Under the pieces are notes generated by a model. It ran no database searches, was not told where the DNA came from, and was given only the letters and a program-made list of their open reading frames with translations. From Lama guanicoe (lineage: Eukaryota), in NCBI GenBank assembly GCA_013239625.1, contig MU057348.1, positions 10,083,825 to 10,147,824 on the forward strand: a stretch of 64,000 bases of DNA, read 5' to 3'. A program made the translations under genes and the position numbers. Position 1 is the first letter of the stretch. Each line of letters starts with the position of its first letter. Below, piece after piece: positions 25,515 through 38,619 of this stretch.

Positions 25515-26310
25515 TGATAATAGCCACCATTGGCCGGGGTATTTACCAGGTGCCGAGAGTTGTGCGAAACCCTATACATACATCTTCTCCTTCAGCCCTC
25601 ACATGTCTGTGAGGAGATCTCTGTCTCTTGATACTAAGTCCTTCACGCATCCAGTGTATGTCCTGAGCAGACACTGGGCTGGTCACCAGGACTGCAGAGT
25701 CTCTCCACGCATGCAGGTGTCTCATGGAGTCTGCTGGGAGGAAGAGATGTCATAGTGCAGTGAGAGTAAAGAAAGAGGGAAACTAAGAAGCATATAACAG
25801 GAGCGCTAACCTAGAGGGGGTCAGAATGTAAAATCTCACTGGGAAAATGATGTTTAAGCCCAGACACCAGGGTTATTCAGTTAATGGGGGAGGGGGTACT
25901 CGTGCTGGGGGTGAATATCATCCCAGGCAGATGAGACAAGATGTTGCCAGATAGCACAGGGGCAAGAAAGTGCCAGCTAGTACTTCTGAGGGACTGAAAA
26001 AAGGGCACTATTGCTGGAGCTAAGAGAACTGGGGATAGAAGGGTGAGGGGGACCGCAGCTTGTGTGCCATATTTGGGACTTTATCCTAAAGACAAGGTGA
26101 AGCCATGCGGAGGAGCCATTCAGAGTGGTAACCGCAGTTGCTACTGTTTTGTGTGTGGGTTTGGGGTGGGGAGGCAGGGGTGTAGACAGGGAGAAGAATG
26201 ATCAGGTTTGAATGCAGATTCAGAGCAATTAGCACCTGTGCCCAAAGTCACTCCAAAGCTGGAATTTGAACCCAGCGTGCTTGATCTCCATCCTTTGCTC
26301 TTAACCAGTC
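25515..26310 (-). mobile_element. MIR (25515-25615 and 26215-26310) split by an L2 fragment (~25640-26210)
   Basis: MIR halves taatagccaccatt...ccaggtgcc and gcccaaagtcac...gctggaatttgaacccag flank L2-like sequence. Confidence 0.55.
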
Positions 26311-27756
26311 ATTCTCTGCCATCTTCTCGCTTTACCAGCTTCATTCCAGTCAGGGCACCTGATCTCTATCACATCGTCCAAAAGACCGTTCAAAAACACG
26401 TGTCTAGTGCTTACTATGTACACAAGGTGTAGGGATTCAAAGGCCCTGCCTTCATTCCTTCTCCGTGGTGACGTGGTTTTGGAATCTGTATTCTGACCCA
26501 TCTATTTATTCATGTTCCAAAGCCCACTTTGTTTTAGACCAATAGCAACATCCTGTCAAAGGGAAAGTTAACTGCAACTGGGGGCAGTGAAGGAAACCAT
26601 TCTCCTGCAAGCAAAATCCCCACCATCCGATTTAATTCTGACAACAGCCTTGGGCAGTGGTGCACAACTGCAGATGAGTAGACTGGGGTTCGGAAGGTTA
26701 AGCCATTGGCCCAAGGTCATACAGGTAGAAAGTTCCAGAACTGGGAGACCAACGTCTGTCCTCTGGGAACCAAATTCTCAGGGCCGCTCAGCCAAGCAGT
26801 TTCCCTCTGATCAGGAGGTTGCTCCAGGCAAGAGGGAAAGGGAGACAGAGGGAAGAGGAAGAGTTTGAGAGACATGATTTTAACACAAAGAATGTTGTAT
26901 ACGGCATGATTCTGGGCTGTCCAATCATTTCTCATGGCTTTAGATATTTTTAACCAAACTTATTGTTATAAATCCACACAAAAGTCATTACTAGATAGAA
27001 AGGAAAAGAATTTTCAATTCCAACTAAATCCCAAAACCCATCTTTTCTTTCCAATTCTTTTTTCTTTAGGTTAAAAGTTGTACTAGTTAGGGTTGTTAGG
27101 AGGACAAACGATTTTGCTCAAAGAAGTAAGGAATAAAGTATTTACAAAATCCAGAGGCAATATTTGCTGAGGTCTTTGAGTGCCTTTTAAAAAAGGCTTT
27201 AGATCCCTGTGGATTAATTAAGCACCTCCCAGATCTTGTCCTTTCAATGCTCAGAAAAAGAATGGCTCCTAATAGGATAAAAGGTGTATTAAGACCTAAG
27301 CGTGGGAGTTTGCCTGAACATTTTTCTTCAGAACTAGGTTTGCTCTAGCAAGGTTTACCATGAGCTCTGAGCCTCTCACTTCATTTTCCAGATAATCTAC
27401 CCAGCCATCTATAAACTATTTATCTATAGGTTAGCAATGTTTTTGTATATTCTGCCCATCAGAATTAAATGGATGTGATTATGCATATATTTCATAGTAT
27501 TTATTGTATATTTACATCGAGGAGATGTGTGATACTGTTCTCGTTTCCCACAATTATGTTCTTTGGGATCCTGCCTTCTTTAGGTGTCATGCTGACCCCT
27601 CCCTGCTTTTCTTTTTCACACGTTAACTATTGATCTTGCTCGATCATGTTTAAACAAGAAATAGTAATGTGTGGTGTTACACTTCAAAGACCTGTGAATA
27701 CTAACGTGAATGCTCTTTAATTGCAAAAAAAAAAAAAGAAGAAGAGTGGATCAAAG

Positions 27757-27811
27757 TGATTTTGCTCATTAAAAATAATTTGATTTTGCTCATTAAAAAT
27801 AATTTGATTTT
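27757..27811. repeat. Perfect 24 bp tandem duplication (2.3 copies)
   Basis: tgattttgctcattaaaaataatt x2 followed by tgatttt. Confidence 0.95.
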
Positions 27812-28055
27812 AACAACAGTCAGTTCTCAAATGAAATTAAATCCCAAATTATATGGGCAAAAACTTGTTCCTGAAATGTCATCAAATTCAAATCTAGTGT
27901 CATTAAATCCAGAAAACTAGGGGAGAGGGTAAGGATAAGATTTGATAACCTTATTCCATTAAAGAATACTATATAGAAAATACTAGAATGGAATTATAGC
28001 ATTATTCAAATTTTATTTACAAATTAGAGGCCAGAAGGCAAAGAAGAAAAGAAAG

Positions 28056-28056
28056 T

Positions 28057-28089
<33 letters not shown>
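28056..28089. repeat. (TG)n microsatellite
   Basis: Direct observation. Confidence 0.95.
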
Positions 28090-28090
<1 letters not shown>

Positions 28091-28964
28091 CCTTCACCAC
28101 CCCTCCTTTATCCTCAGATAGGAAATAGCCACACCATCTAAAAAGGGAGTCCCTAGGGGAAGGAAAAAGCCCTTAGCTAAATCTCCCAGCTCAGTTTGAA
28201 AACTCAGAATGACTAGAGTTGGAAGGGCAAGGGTGACAAAATTTGTTCTTTTCACAATTTAGAAACTCTCTTCTCCTAATTGGAACTAGGTCCTTTGCAT
28301 ATTTATCTCAATTAATTTTCATAAGCCTGAGAGGTAGATCTCATATTGATTATTCCCATCTAACTGATCTTATTCTGAGACACAATTAATCAAGTAACTT
28401 ACCAGAAGTAATTCAGTAAAGTCAGGATCTAGAATTAGCCTCAAGTCTTTTTTTTTTTTTCTTATTTTCCCTTCCTGTCCTGAATATAGAAATATAGGCT
28501 TCTATCATTTACTTTCTGGCAATAGATTATTTCCACAAGAGAATACACTGCTGAAAAACATCCTTTAACCATTATGGGTAGAGACAGATTTTATAGGGGA
28601 GATTCATTTGCAAGCTGGGGATTTTCTGGGACGAGTGGTCAAATAGAGACGAGAGGAGGGTACCAGGGGGTGAGAGGGGTGATGTAACACAGGGAGGTGG
28701 GAAAACGTTTTGTAACTTTTCCTTGAACCCTAAAGACCCATGTACAATTGTGAACATCATTTCGGTGTTTCCTTTGACATGCTGTCTCCACCCTGTCCCT
28801 GGCATAGCGTACAAAGGGAAAGTAGCTGTCCTGTTACAGCATATGGAACTGAGGACCCCTATATAACTGATACTTCAAAGGGCAAATCCTCTTTCAATGA
28901 CAATAGTAAATTAGAAGAAGAAATGTCACTAATGAAGTGCCTATTACACACCCCCTATAATCAT

Positions 28965-29360
28965 CATCATTAAAAATCAACATGTATTGAGGCCTCAAGT
29001 ACCAGGCACTGTTCTAAGATCTTTGCATATCCTATCTCACTTAATTCTCACAATTATTCAGTCAAGTAGTTACCATTCTTATCCTTTACAGAAGAGGAAA
29101 TGGAGGCACAGGCAGAAAAGCTACTTGTCCAAGAACACAGGCTCTGAACCCAGGAATTTGACTCCAGTGATGCCAAATGATTTATATGTTTCATTCCAAA
29201 GATTTTTGTTGACTCTCTCATACATGCCAGGCTCTGAGCAAAAGCTGCCACCATCCTTGCCCCCTTGGCACTTACAGTCTAGATGAGAGAGACAGAAGGC
29301 CAGTGATGATATAAACAAATGTATAATTGCAATGGTGCCAAGGACTCTGAAGGAAGGCCT
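28965..29360 (-). mobile_element. MIR (28965-29170) followed by an L2 3' fragment (29180-29360)
   Basis: accaggcactgttctaag...tttacagaagaggaaatggaggcacag; then catgccaggctctgagc...cttacagtctag. Confidence 0.75.
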
Positions 29361-30795
29361 TACAGCTCTATGCCCCTGTTTCCTTTAGTCATCGCAACAC
29401 TATTCTTACTCCTCACCACTGAAGCAAGGTTTAGAGGGGAAAGAAAAAATATTTAAGCACTTGGCTGAGGATAATCTACTCAGACCCTCCCAAGTTATGA
29501 ATCAATTATTTCACTCTGGGGCATGTCTCATTTTAGCTGCTATTAGCAAACCATCTAGCTTGGAAGCCTAAGTGGTAATTACGTGCACATTACGAGTTCC
29601 AGAACAGGACTCTGACTTTAGCACAACTCACCCCTACTTTTATATGCAGAGATTTCCTACAGCTTATGTAACCAGGACCGGGCACTTACCCGACCACTGG
29701 CCTGGGCACGCAGGCGGGAGACACTCAGCCAAGGGAGCCCGGGCTATACTTGAACTTCTCATCTGTTTTGCGGAATGTAGAATTTGGAATTAAAGGCTGT
29801 GTTTATTTCTGTTCAAAGCCCTGCAAATAAAAGGTTTGTGCAGATGTTTTAAGGACATCATATAGACTATTCACAAACTTCTGTGGTCAGTTTAGCCGCT
29901 ATAGTCAGGACCGGTGACTCACTCGGAACTGGGTTTTGTTGGTTCTTCAAATATTGTTTCAGTCTTGTCCTCAGCAAAGTGAATGTGTTCATCACAAACA
30001 TTGCCCGTTGAGGAAACGGGTGGTGGGGTGTGAGGCTGTGTGAAATATTCTGGGTGAACCAGTTTATTTAAAACTTCCTAGTCATTCCTGTGCTACTTTT
30101 GACCCAAGGAGCATTTTAATCTGGGAGACACCTTGAACTGGGGCCTCTGGTCAAAACCCTTCATTCTGTGAAGGAAAAAGCTGAGTGCCTGATATGACCA
30201 ATGACGTGGGCCAGCTGGCGGCACGGATGTGCTTAGAAGTCCAGCCTCCTGGGAGCCACAACCCCTAGCTCCTTACTCATTCCATGCTGACTCCTGGCTT
30301 GAAACTCTTGATTTCCTTTGATGTTATTGTTTCTTCTCTTTCCCCTCTTTCATACCTTAAACGTTGTGTCACGATCATCTAAAACACATGCATTAACCCA
30401 CTCACAATGGCTTGTCGTTAACTGCCAACTTAAGCGTTGGTTATGTAACGCTGCTCTGTTTTCTAGGAGTATAGTTTTGAACAGAAAATATTTAACAGAG
30501 GGAAACATAAAAACACACAGGCAAGGAACATGAAAGAGCCTCATAAAATAAATAAATTTTATAAGACATCTTAACGTTCTGTGGAAAAAAAGAATATATT
30601 CGATGGTGATAAATGTGACAGATGTGGGAGCTGTGTAGTTCAGCCACGGGATCAGGCAGAATTCAGTTTCTTTTCTAATTAGTTAGGGAAGATTCAAGGA
30701 GAAGGAGGTGGATTTCAAGTATGAAAGTAGGGGAAAGTTTATGAATGCTATGGGAGTGGGAGATCTGGCCCCCGTTTAAGGCAAAAACTTAAATC

Positions 30796-31003
30796 TGAGC
30801 TGTCCAATACAGTAGCTTTTGGCCACATGGGGCTATTTAAGATGAAATTATGAAAATGAAATGGGATTTTAAAATTCAGTTCCTCTGTTGCACTAGCCAC
30901 ATTTCCAGTGCTCAGTAGCCACGTGAAAGTGGTGGCTGCTGTACTGGGTGGTGCAGATGTGGAAAATTTTCATCATTGCAGAAAGGCCTCTTGGACAACA
31001 CTG
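30796..31003. mobile_element. MER3 (hAT-Charlie), full length
   Basis: ctgagctgtccaatacagtagc...aaattcagttcctctgttgcactagccacatttccagtgctcagtagccac...ttggacaacactg, with both terminal repeats. Confidence 0.88.
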
Positions 31004-31244
31004 ACATCGAAGATACAGCAGAGAAGGGAAGGGACGGATGAATGGAGAAAGGGAACCATAAAGTCGTGTTTACCAAGGAAAGGTTGTACTGGATGAGGAG
31101 AAATAAGGGGGATGGGGTACACTGGAGTGAATCAGACAAAGGAACTAAATTAGTTTTGAATTACATTTCAACTTAGACTCAAGGCATTGGTTAAACGTAA
31201 GAAATGGTGCATCTCTGGACAAAGCATCCCTGTAGCTTAAACTG

Positions 31245-31682
31245 GTGGATATTCCTTTATACAAAGAAAAGCATACCTTCCACAAAACTATGGAAGAGTA
31301 AAAAGATCAGTGGTTTCCAGGACCTGAGGAGGGCAAACCAGGGAGGGCAGTGTAGAGGAGTGAAACACAGGGGGTTTTTACAGCAGTGAAGCTTTTCTGA
31401 TACAAAAATGGTGAATACATGCATTATATATTTGCCAAAACCTGTAGGATGTACAACACAGAGCGAACCCTTATGTAAACTAGGGGCTTTAGTTCCTAAT
31501 AATGGATCAATATTGGTTCATCAGTTGTAACAAACGTACTACAACTAATGCAAGATGTTGGTAACAGAGGAAATTGGAGGTGGGGTGGGGTGGGAGGGAG
31601 TAGGTAAGGATATCTAGGAACTTTCTGTTCAGTTTTTCTGTAACCTTGGAACTGCTCTAAGAAGTAAAATCTATGAATTAAC
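31245..31682 (+). mobile_element. L1MC-type 3' end
   Basis: gtaaaaagatcagtggtttccagg...aatattggttcatcagttgtaacaaacgtac...ttttctgtaaccttggaactgctctaa. Confidence 0.88.
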
Positions 31683-32919
31683 AATTTCTCATAAAATATT
31701 TTCAAGCACTCTAAATGTCTTCATTTTCATGTAAACACTAAGATGACAATAAAACACAATCTAGTCTCAGCTGATAATCTAATTAAGTAATTAATTATGT
31801 AATTATTATATATAATTATATTATATATATTATATACATATATAAATAATGTAAAAAAAAAACCAACAACAGTGTACCTTCCTCCAGGTGTCCACAGCAC
31901 AGTGTCAGGCACTCATCTTGGTGAGGAGAGCACAAGCTGGATTTCAGTCCACACTTACCCTCTTCCTCAGGTGTTTTTGTGCAGTGCACGCACTGCACAA
32001 CTGGACACAGTGGCTCTAGGGTACCCCATCCATTGCTACTGTGGGGCTCCAAATAGTGACTGGGGGCAAAGGAGGACCCTCTCTGTAGGCTGCCAAAGAC
32101 TGACTGGAGGAAGAGTCTGTTGAGAACACATTGCGGTAAACCACATGAGAAGTACTGTCTTTCATTGGTGGAGTGCCAAGGACAGAGCCCTGAGTGACCC
32201 TCAGAACCAGAAGAAAAGTTGAGTGGTAAGAAGTCAAAGGGGACACAAGAAATAAAGCCAGGAAGGCAGGAGCCAAACCACAGCAATACTGTACCTAGAA
32301 GCCTAAATCTGAGACACAGCAGCCATGGCTCCCTCTCTGGGCTGGAACTCGGAGCAGACAGAGATCTTGGTGAGCTCAGCTTTGCACGGTGAATGGCCGG
32401 GTATCTGGTGGGAGACACAGCCCTGGAGAGAAGGTTAGGATTTGAGGGTGATCACCCCAGGAGGCTATATATGTGCCTACGGCATAGCTGGGGGCTGGAG
32501 GGAAAGAGGAGAAGAAAAATGTACCCCAACAATGACTGGAATGCGTCTGCTGTGCAAAACAAAACTCCTGGGAAAACGAGGCTGTCTTGGATTGTGGTTC
32601 AAGGAACTAGTAACTAGTAATGGGATACAAAGTTTTCCTTCTAGGCTAGTGGCGTGAGCCCAACCCAGGTTAGGAGTCAGCAAAGTGCTTCAGACATTAG
32701 CGTGAGAGGAACCGATGGGGCCCGTTGAACCTTCTAGTATGAGAGCAATCCTGAAAATAGCCACCTGCCACCACAGGTAACCCTAGTAGCCGGCTTCATG
32801 GAATGACTGGGAAGGGAAGCTGAATTGTGATACCTGCTCATTTTCAGCCGCGAGCAGAGTCTCTTCAGAACAGGACTGGAGCTCTGTGGAAAATTTCTAC
32901 TGCCCCGCTGTGTATACGT

Positions 32920-33298
32920 CAGGGCTTCTCTAAGCTTGGGCCTTGGACCCTGCATCCAAATCACCCTGGGATACTCATTAACAAGGCGGACTGCCCCGGG
33001 CCTACCCTGGACCAAGTGGATCTGTATCTTTAGGGACGGGGTCTGGGAATCTGCACTCTCATCAGCTCCCTACATGATTCCTAAGTCCACTGCAGTTTGA
33101 GGATGACAGAGGTAGACGGGCGGTCCTCAAACACTAGCGTGCGTTGACATCACCTGAAGGGCATGTTGGCACACGGATGCTGGTCCCACCTCCAGAGCTG
33201 CCAATTCAGCATCTGGGGTGGAGCCAGAGAATCTACATTTCTAACAAGTTCTCAGGCGATCCTGCTGGATTTAGGGCCCACACTTTGAGAACCTCTGC
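32920..33298. mobile_element. Two adjacent MER5-type MITEs in opposite orientation (32920-33109 and 33117-33298)
   Basis: First ends gggaatctgcactct...cagtttgaggatgac; second reads gtcctcaaacactagcgtgc..catcacctgaagggc...tttctaacaagttctcagg...cacactttgagaacctctg. Confidence 0.8.
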
Positions 33299-33675
33299 AG
33301 CACACAGAACCTGTCTTCACCTGGCTAAGAACCTCTCTCCTCTTCCAAGCTAACAAAGTGTAAAATCCCACTTACCATTCATCCGCATAATTGAACTAGC
33401 TCCTACCACCCTGTTATTCAGATGACTAACACCCATGACCTCTTTCTCACCTTGTTAGATAACTTGGAGCTTTAAACTGACAACATGAAAAGGGATCTCA
33501 CCTGGCCAGCACTAATCTTGTCTCTTGTCCTGGTTCCAAATGTTTATATGATCATTAGCCCCATCCTCCTCTCCTGTTTGGCAGTGACCTGCAGGCAACC
33601 ATTCAGCTTTATGTTACCCAGGGCTTCAACAACTAAAATCAGCCCCTTTCTTTCCTTGCCATAAAGAGATACCTG

Positions 33676-33677
33676 GC

Positions 33678-33716
<39 letters not shown>

Positions 33717-33730
33717 ACACACACACACAA
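33676..33730 (+). repeat. Orphan poly(A)35 plus (CA)n, flanked by a 13 bp TSD-like direct repeat
   Basis: aaagagatacctg (33663-33675) and aaagagaaacctg (33731-33743). Confidence 0.7.
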
Positions 33731-34289
33731 AAAGAGAAACCTGAAAATATTATTTTGGGGAGCCAGGATGTCCCCATCATCAGCTAGAGGAAGCCCAGTT
33801 TTTGATAAACACGATTTGGCCTTGCAGGGATCAAAGAGAGCTATTTATTGAAGGAAGGGATGGAAGTATTTGATGGGGTCCTTCTGCAGACTCCCCGTAA
33901 ACAGGATAGGCCCTATCAATGAGAGCTTATACACAGCCAGGCCACAGTCCCCAGGAACAATGGAGCCGCGAGAACAGCTGGGGGCAAGGGAAGAGCCTCG
34001 GACCTGACAAGATTGTTCTGCCAAGAGAATGGCCGTAAACAGGATTAGTCGTAATGAGATTATCAACTCAAGACCTGGAGGTCTGAGCTGGAGAGTCCAG
34101 AGCTGCGTAAAGGAAAGACACAGAAGTAGCTTGTAGGGCAAGGAGATTACAGAGCAAGGGGCAAGGGCTTTCCCTTCCAGGTTCTCTCTGGCCCAGGGAT
34201 GCCGTCTCTCCCGGGCTGAAAAATTTGTCACTCTAATTGCAAATATTGCTTTGTAGGAGCTGAAGAACCAGCAGCGAAAGCACTAAATA

Positions 34290-34840
34290 AATAGTTCTCA
34301 ATTAGGGGGCACTGCCAATGTCTGGAAATATTTTTGGTTGTCACAACCGGGGCTGGGGGCAGGGAGAGCTGCTGCTAGCATCTAAAGGCAGAGGCCAGGG
34401 AAAATGCTCAATGTTATATAAAGCACAGAACAGCCTCCTCCTTCCAAAAAAGCATTATCCAGCCCCAAATGCTTGGGCACCCCTGCACTGGAGGGAATCT
34501 AGATAGGATTCTGATAAATGACAACTGGATACTGAGCTTGGGAAGGTGGGGGAGGCAGGAGGGAGGGCAGAGGGAGGTGAGTTGGGGAGAATGGGCAAAC
34601 ATCTCTTGACCTGGAGTCTAGAGAGAGGTGATCACTTTCCAGGAGGTAAAAATTGGTTCTTGGGGAACAAAGACACATAATCATTTATGTATAAAGCACA
34701 GATAGGTCTATAGAATCTGAACAGATAAACAGCATTTTTGTGATATTAAAGTTTCATGGGAGGCAGAGTGATTGGGGAAAAAAGGTCTTAAAAGGCTCCT
34801 TAGGGAGATGATAATGAAAAACAGGTCGAGAGACACTGGT
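34290..34840 (+). mobile_element. MER20-related hAT-Charlie element (MER20B/Charlie4-like)
   Basis: 5' part tagttctcaa...aatgtctggaaatatttttggttgtcacaac...gcagaggccaggga is MER20-like; 3' end aaggctccttagggagatgataatgaaaaacaggtcgagagacactg is followed by gtctagat (Charlie-type target). Confidence 0.7.
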
Positions 34841-36299
34841 CTAGATTAGAATCTAGATTGACATGCTTTCTAGAGCTACGTCCAGGATTTACATGGTGGA
34901 ATCTTTCAAAGAGACAAATTGATGGCTGTGGCTCTAGGACTTAAGATTGGTTTCTTACTGCCTTCGGAATAAAATATAAATACCAGGTGGAAGGCACACT
35001 TTCAGCCCGGCTCCTACCACACCCCACTCATCACTCTTGGTCTCAGCCACAGTGAATCATTCATATGCTGCTCCCACCTCGCTGGACCCTTTCCTCTCCT
35101 TCCCCCAGCATCCATTGGGTGGCTAACTGTAGCTCCTTCATGAAGGACGAAGGACTGACAGCAGCTCTAACTCCCTCTACCCCGGGCTGCTTATCCCTTC
35201 TGTGTGCTCCCTTAGAGAACAGTCATTTACCCTGATTGCAGCATTGTGTCCACTTTACTGTAATAATTCACTGCATCTTATAGGCAGGCATCAATCCCCA
35301 CCCAATACAATGCCTGGCTCATAGTGGACCCTCAGTACCTATTTGTTAAAACACGAGAGAATTTGCGTGCACTCTCTCAGTTCATCCTCTCAGTCCCGGT
35401 GAGATAGTTATAATCATCCCCGGTCTACAGAGAGGAGCACGGATTTCCTGGATGAGAAATAGCTGTGCCCTTCTGTGTTCCTTTCTGGGTCCTAAACCTC
35501 ACCCAGATTTTGGCCAAGAAATAGAGAGTAAACAGTCTTCCTGAAAAGCTAGGCTTCCAGAGAAACAGCATCGCTTGGAAACCAGTCACAGGAAAAACAG
35601 AGGCAAGGGCAGAAAGTGAGTCAGGGATACAGGTTGTATAAACACAAGGCCTTTCCAGTCTCCTCTGTAGAGAATACACCAGGAGCCACACTGAGGTCTC
35701 CATCTAACACAGTTTGAAAATCATTGCCTTTAAGTCCTAGAGCTAAGATAAGCATTTTTGGTCAAGAGGCCCCCGTATTTGCCTGTAAGTGTTCTGGCAC
35801 TAGGACTAACAGAATCACCCATCCAAGAACAGAACCCATGGGGCAGAGTAGTGACGGGGGAGATGGAAGACCTCGGTGGGCAGAGGTGCGGACCTGGAGA
35901 TTGGAGAGCAGGTCTGGGGCTAAGGCGTGGTTCCGGTCATCTTAGTACACAAAGAGGCTATGTCACAGGTGGTCCTTGAAGCTGTGGGAGCAAGTGCAAG
36001 CACAGAGGGGTGGAGAAACAAAGAAAGCAGAGAGAACAGGGCTGAGTGGGGAAGATGACAAACAGTTCCACCATGTCCTGTATTTTCAGTTAACTTTTTA
36101 TGTGCAACTTACCTTCTCAATTAGATCACGGACTCCTTGTTGTTAGAAGAAGCTTTAGATGCTTAAAAAATGGGGGGAGGGGTCATCTTAGTGCCTTGGG
36201 TAGAGTAGAGGCTTAAGAATTAAATGAATGGATGAATTAAAACTGTTTCCTCTATCATTAAACTTCTGGAAAGTGCTTGCTTTTTGCCTCCACTTCCTT

Positions 36300-38125
36300 T
36301 TCTTTCCACGATTTGGATTCTCCACCCTGTCATGACTGACACGTCTCTTTAGCAAGCTGTCTGTGACTTCTGCATCACCAAATCCACTGGCTTCTCCTTG
36401 AGTCACCTTCTGCAAGCTGCAGCATCCAGCACCTTCATTTACTGTTGCCTCCCATGGTTTCCATACCACCTTTTCTCTTGGCTCTTTGTCAGTCTTCTTG
36501 AATATTACTTCATAGCCTCCGTTGCTGGCTTGGTTCCTCTCTTAGTCCCCTGAAAGCAGAGGCTTACTCAAATTTCTTTTTGTCCCTCTCCTCTCCTTTT
36601 TCAAACTCTCCCTTGACAATGGACATTCATGGTCTCAGTGATGGCTCCGATAAAGAGGACTTCCAAATCTAAGACTCAAGCCCTGTTGTCTTTCCAGATC
36701 ACTTTGGACCTGGTCCTCTGGAACTGAGGGCAGGCTCCCTTTCACAAAGCAGGGAGCAGCCCTGGGTGGATGCTGAGAACCAACATGCGTCTGGTGAAAT
36801 AGACAAGGACAGAGGCAGAGTAGGGGACACAGCAGGAAGGTTGACTTTAGAGGGGCCAGTCAATCAGGATGCAAACTTGAAGGACTGGAGTAAAGATGGG
36901 AAGAGAGAGAGATGCAAAATACAGGCAGATTTGGTGTCAGTTCAAGGTTTCTCTCACAGACCCTGAGTTCTGACCATGGCACAGCTCTTCCATGGGTTAG
37001 TGCACCCTTTAGAGGATCGGGAATAACACATAGGTACTGATTTCCAGACCAGGTTTCCAGGAGGCCTTGCCACATCGCTGAGCCAGGACCTCCTTCCTCC
37101 TTCATGTTCACTTGGCATTTGTTCTCCAGAGTTCTGCACTTGGCTCTCCTCTTTTCATTTCCTATTTTGCTTTGCTGGGTGATCTCATCCACTCCCACAG
37201 CTTGGGATACTATTTTTAGGTTGATACCTCCCAAACATATATCTCCAGCCCAAAAATCCAGACCGGTAATACTACCTATATCTGCCAAAAAAAAAACCTT
37301 AAAATCAACATGTCCAAACAGAAGCCATTGTCATCTGCTCTCTCTGACTCTGTTTCTCTGCCTGTGCCCTCTCTCCTGGTAATGATACAACCAGCCACCC
37401 AGTCATTCAAACCAGAAACTGTAGAGTCCTCTTCGACTCCTCTTCTTTCCTTTATCCCTAAGTCAACTCTGCCTCTTAATCATTTGTTCACTTTTCACAC
37501 TTGTCCTTCTCCACCGCCGATTTCTTGGCTATCCCCCATCATCTCTCAGCTGGCTATTCCAGCAGTCTCTTGACCAGTCACTTGTGTCTAGTTTTACAAC
37601 CTCCCAATCGCCATGCCACTTGGTACTTTTCAAAGCAGGAAGTTGATGATCTTACTCCACGGTCCAATGACTCCTCACTGGTCGCCGCCAGATAAAATTT
37701 AAACACAATGCCTGGCACACAGTCTCTTTCCTGATTTGCCCTCTTCCTTCTAGGTTTATTTACAGGCATTTTCCAAGTAGTACCTCATGCTTCATCTACA
37801 TCTAGGGGCAATCTCCCAAATAGCCCTGCTGACTCCAATGCCAGACCTCTGTGCGTGCGTGTCTGCTGGCTGGCATGCCCTTTTCCTTCCGCGTGGTGAA
37901 TGCCAACTCATCCTTGAACACTTGGTTCTTGTATCAGCTTCTCTTTGAAGCCTTCTCTGACCTTTCCTTGTTTCTCTAAACTCTTGTGCCACCACTTCCC
38001 TGTACACAACTGTAAACCAGCACTTAATGGACTGAATTGTAATTTCTTGTTGACGCTTTTAACTTTCCCACTAAAATCAGAGCTCCTGGGTCGGGGGGTA
38101 CCCTGTCTCACGATTTCTTTCTTCT
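36300..38125 (+). mobile_element. Fragmented L2 (~36300-36700 and ~37090-38125)
   Basis: catcaccaaatccactggc...atatctccagccca...aaaatcaacatgtccaaac...tttgaagccttctctgacc...cagagctcctggg. Confidence 0.75.
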
Positions 38126-38619
38126 CTGAAGCTAGCCCAGGGCTTCTAAAGCTGTCTTCTTCAGAATTCTAGTCCCATGAGTTATTAAAAGGTATTCCTC
38201 ACACAGGCATCTATGGTTAAATACGTTTGGGGAAAGCAGCATGTTGACAATACACATGAGCTCAGGGAAGTCTCTCAGCAGAATCTGTTTGATCTGGTTT
38301 AACTCAGTCCCTCCAAACATCAGGGCAGGGGAAGACCCTTAAGCAGATCCTTATAACATGTGTGCAAGGGATAAAGGTAAAGATGTGCCCTGGGTGACCT
38401 GGAGAACAGAGAAGGGGCCGGCCCAGGCTTGAGCGGCTCTGGAAGCACATCTGGAGGAAGCGACCTCCATCTCTCACAAAAGGATAGTCACCAATTTAAC
38501 CCCTGAGAAGGAGATGCTGTGGTACCCTAATACTTCCAGAGACCGAACCTCAGATTGGAGGTGACCATCAGAAGTGTCTTTTTCTTTTTTTAAAGTGGAT
38601 GTACAGTTTTCTTCATTCA

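Noticed and set aside
27757-27811. Direct repeats as a CRISPR-like array
   Set aside because: No spacers, mammalian context; a simple tandem duplication.
31816-32418. 200 aa minus-strand ORF
   Set aside because: No homology recognised, non-ATG start, and it ends in an AT low-complexity tract; probably chance or a degraded LTR-like sequence.
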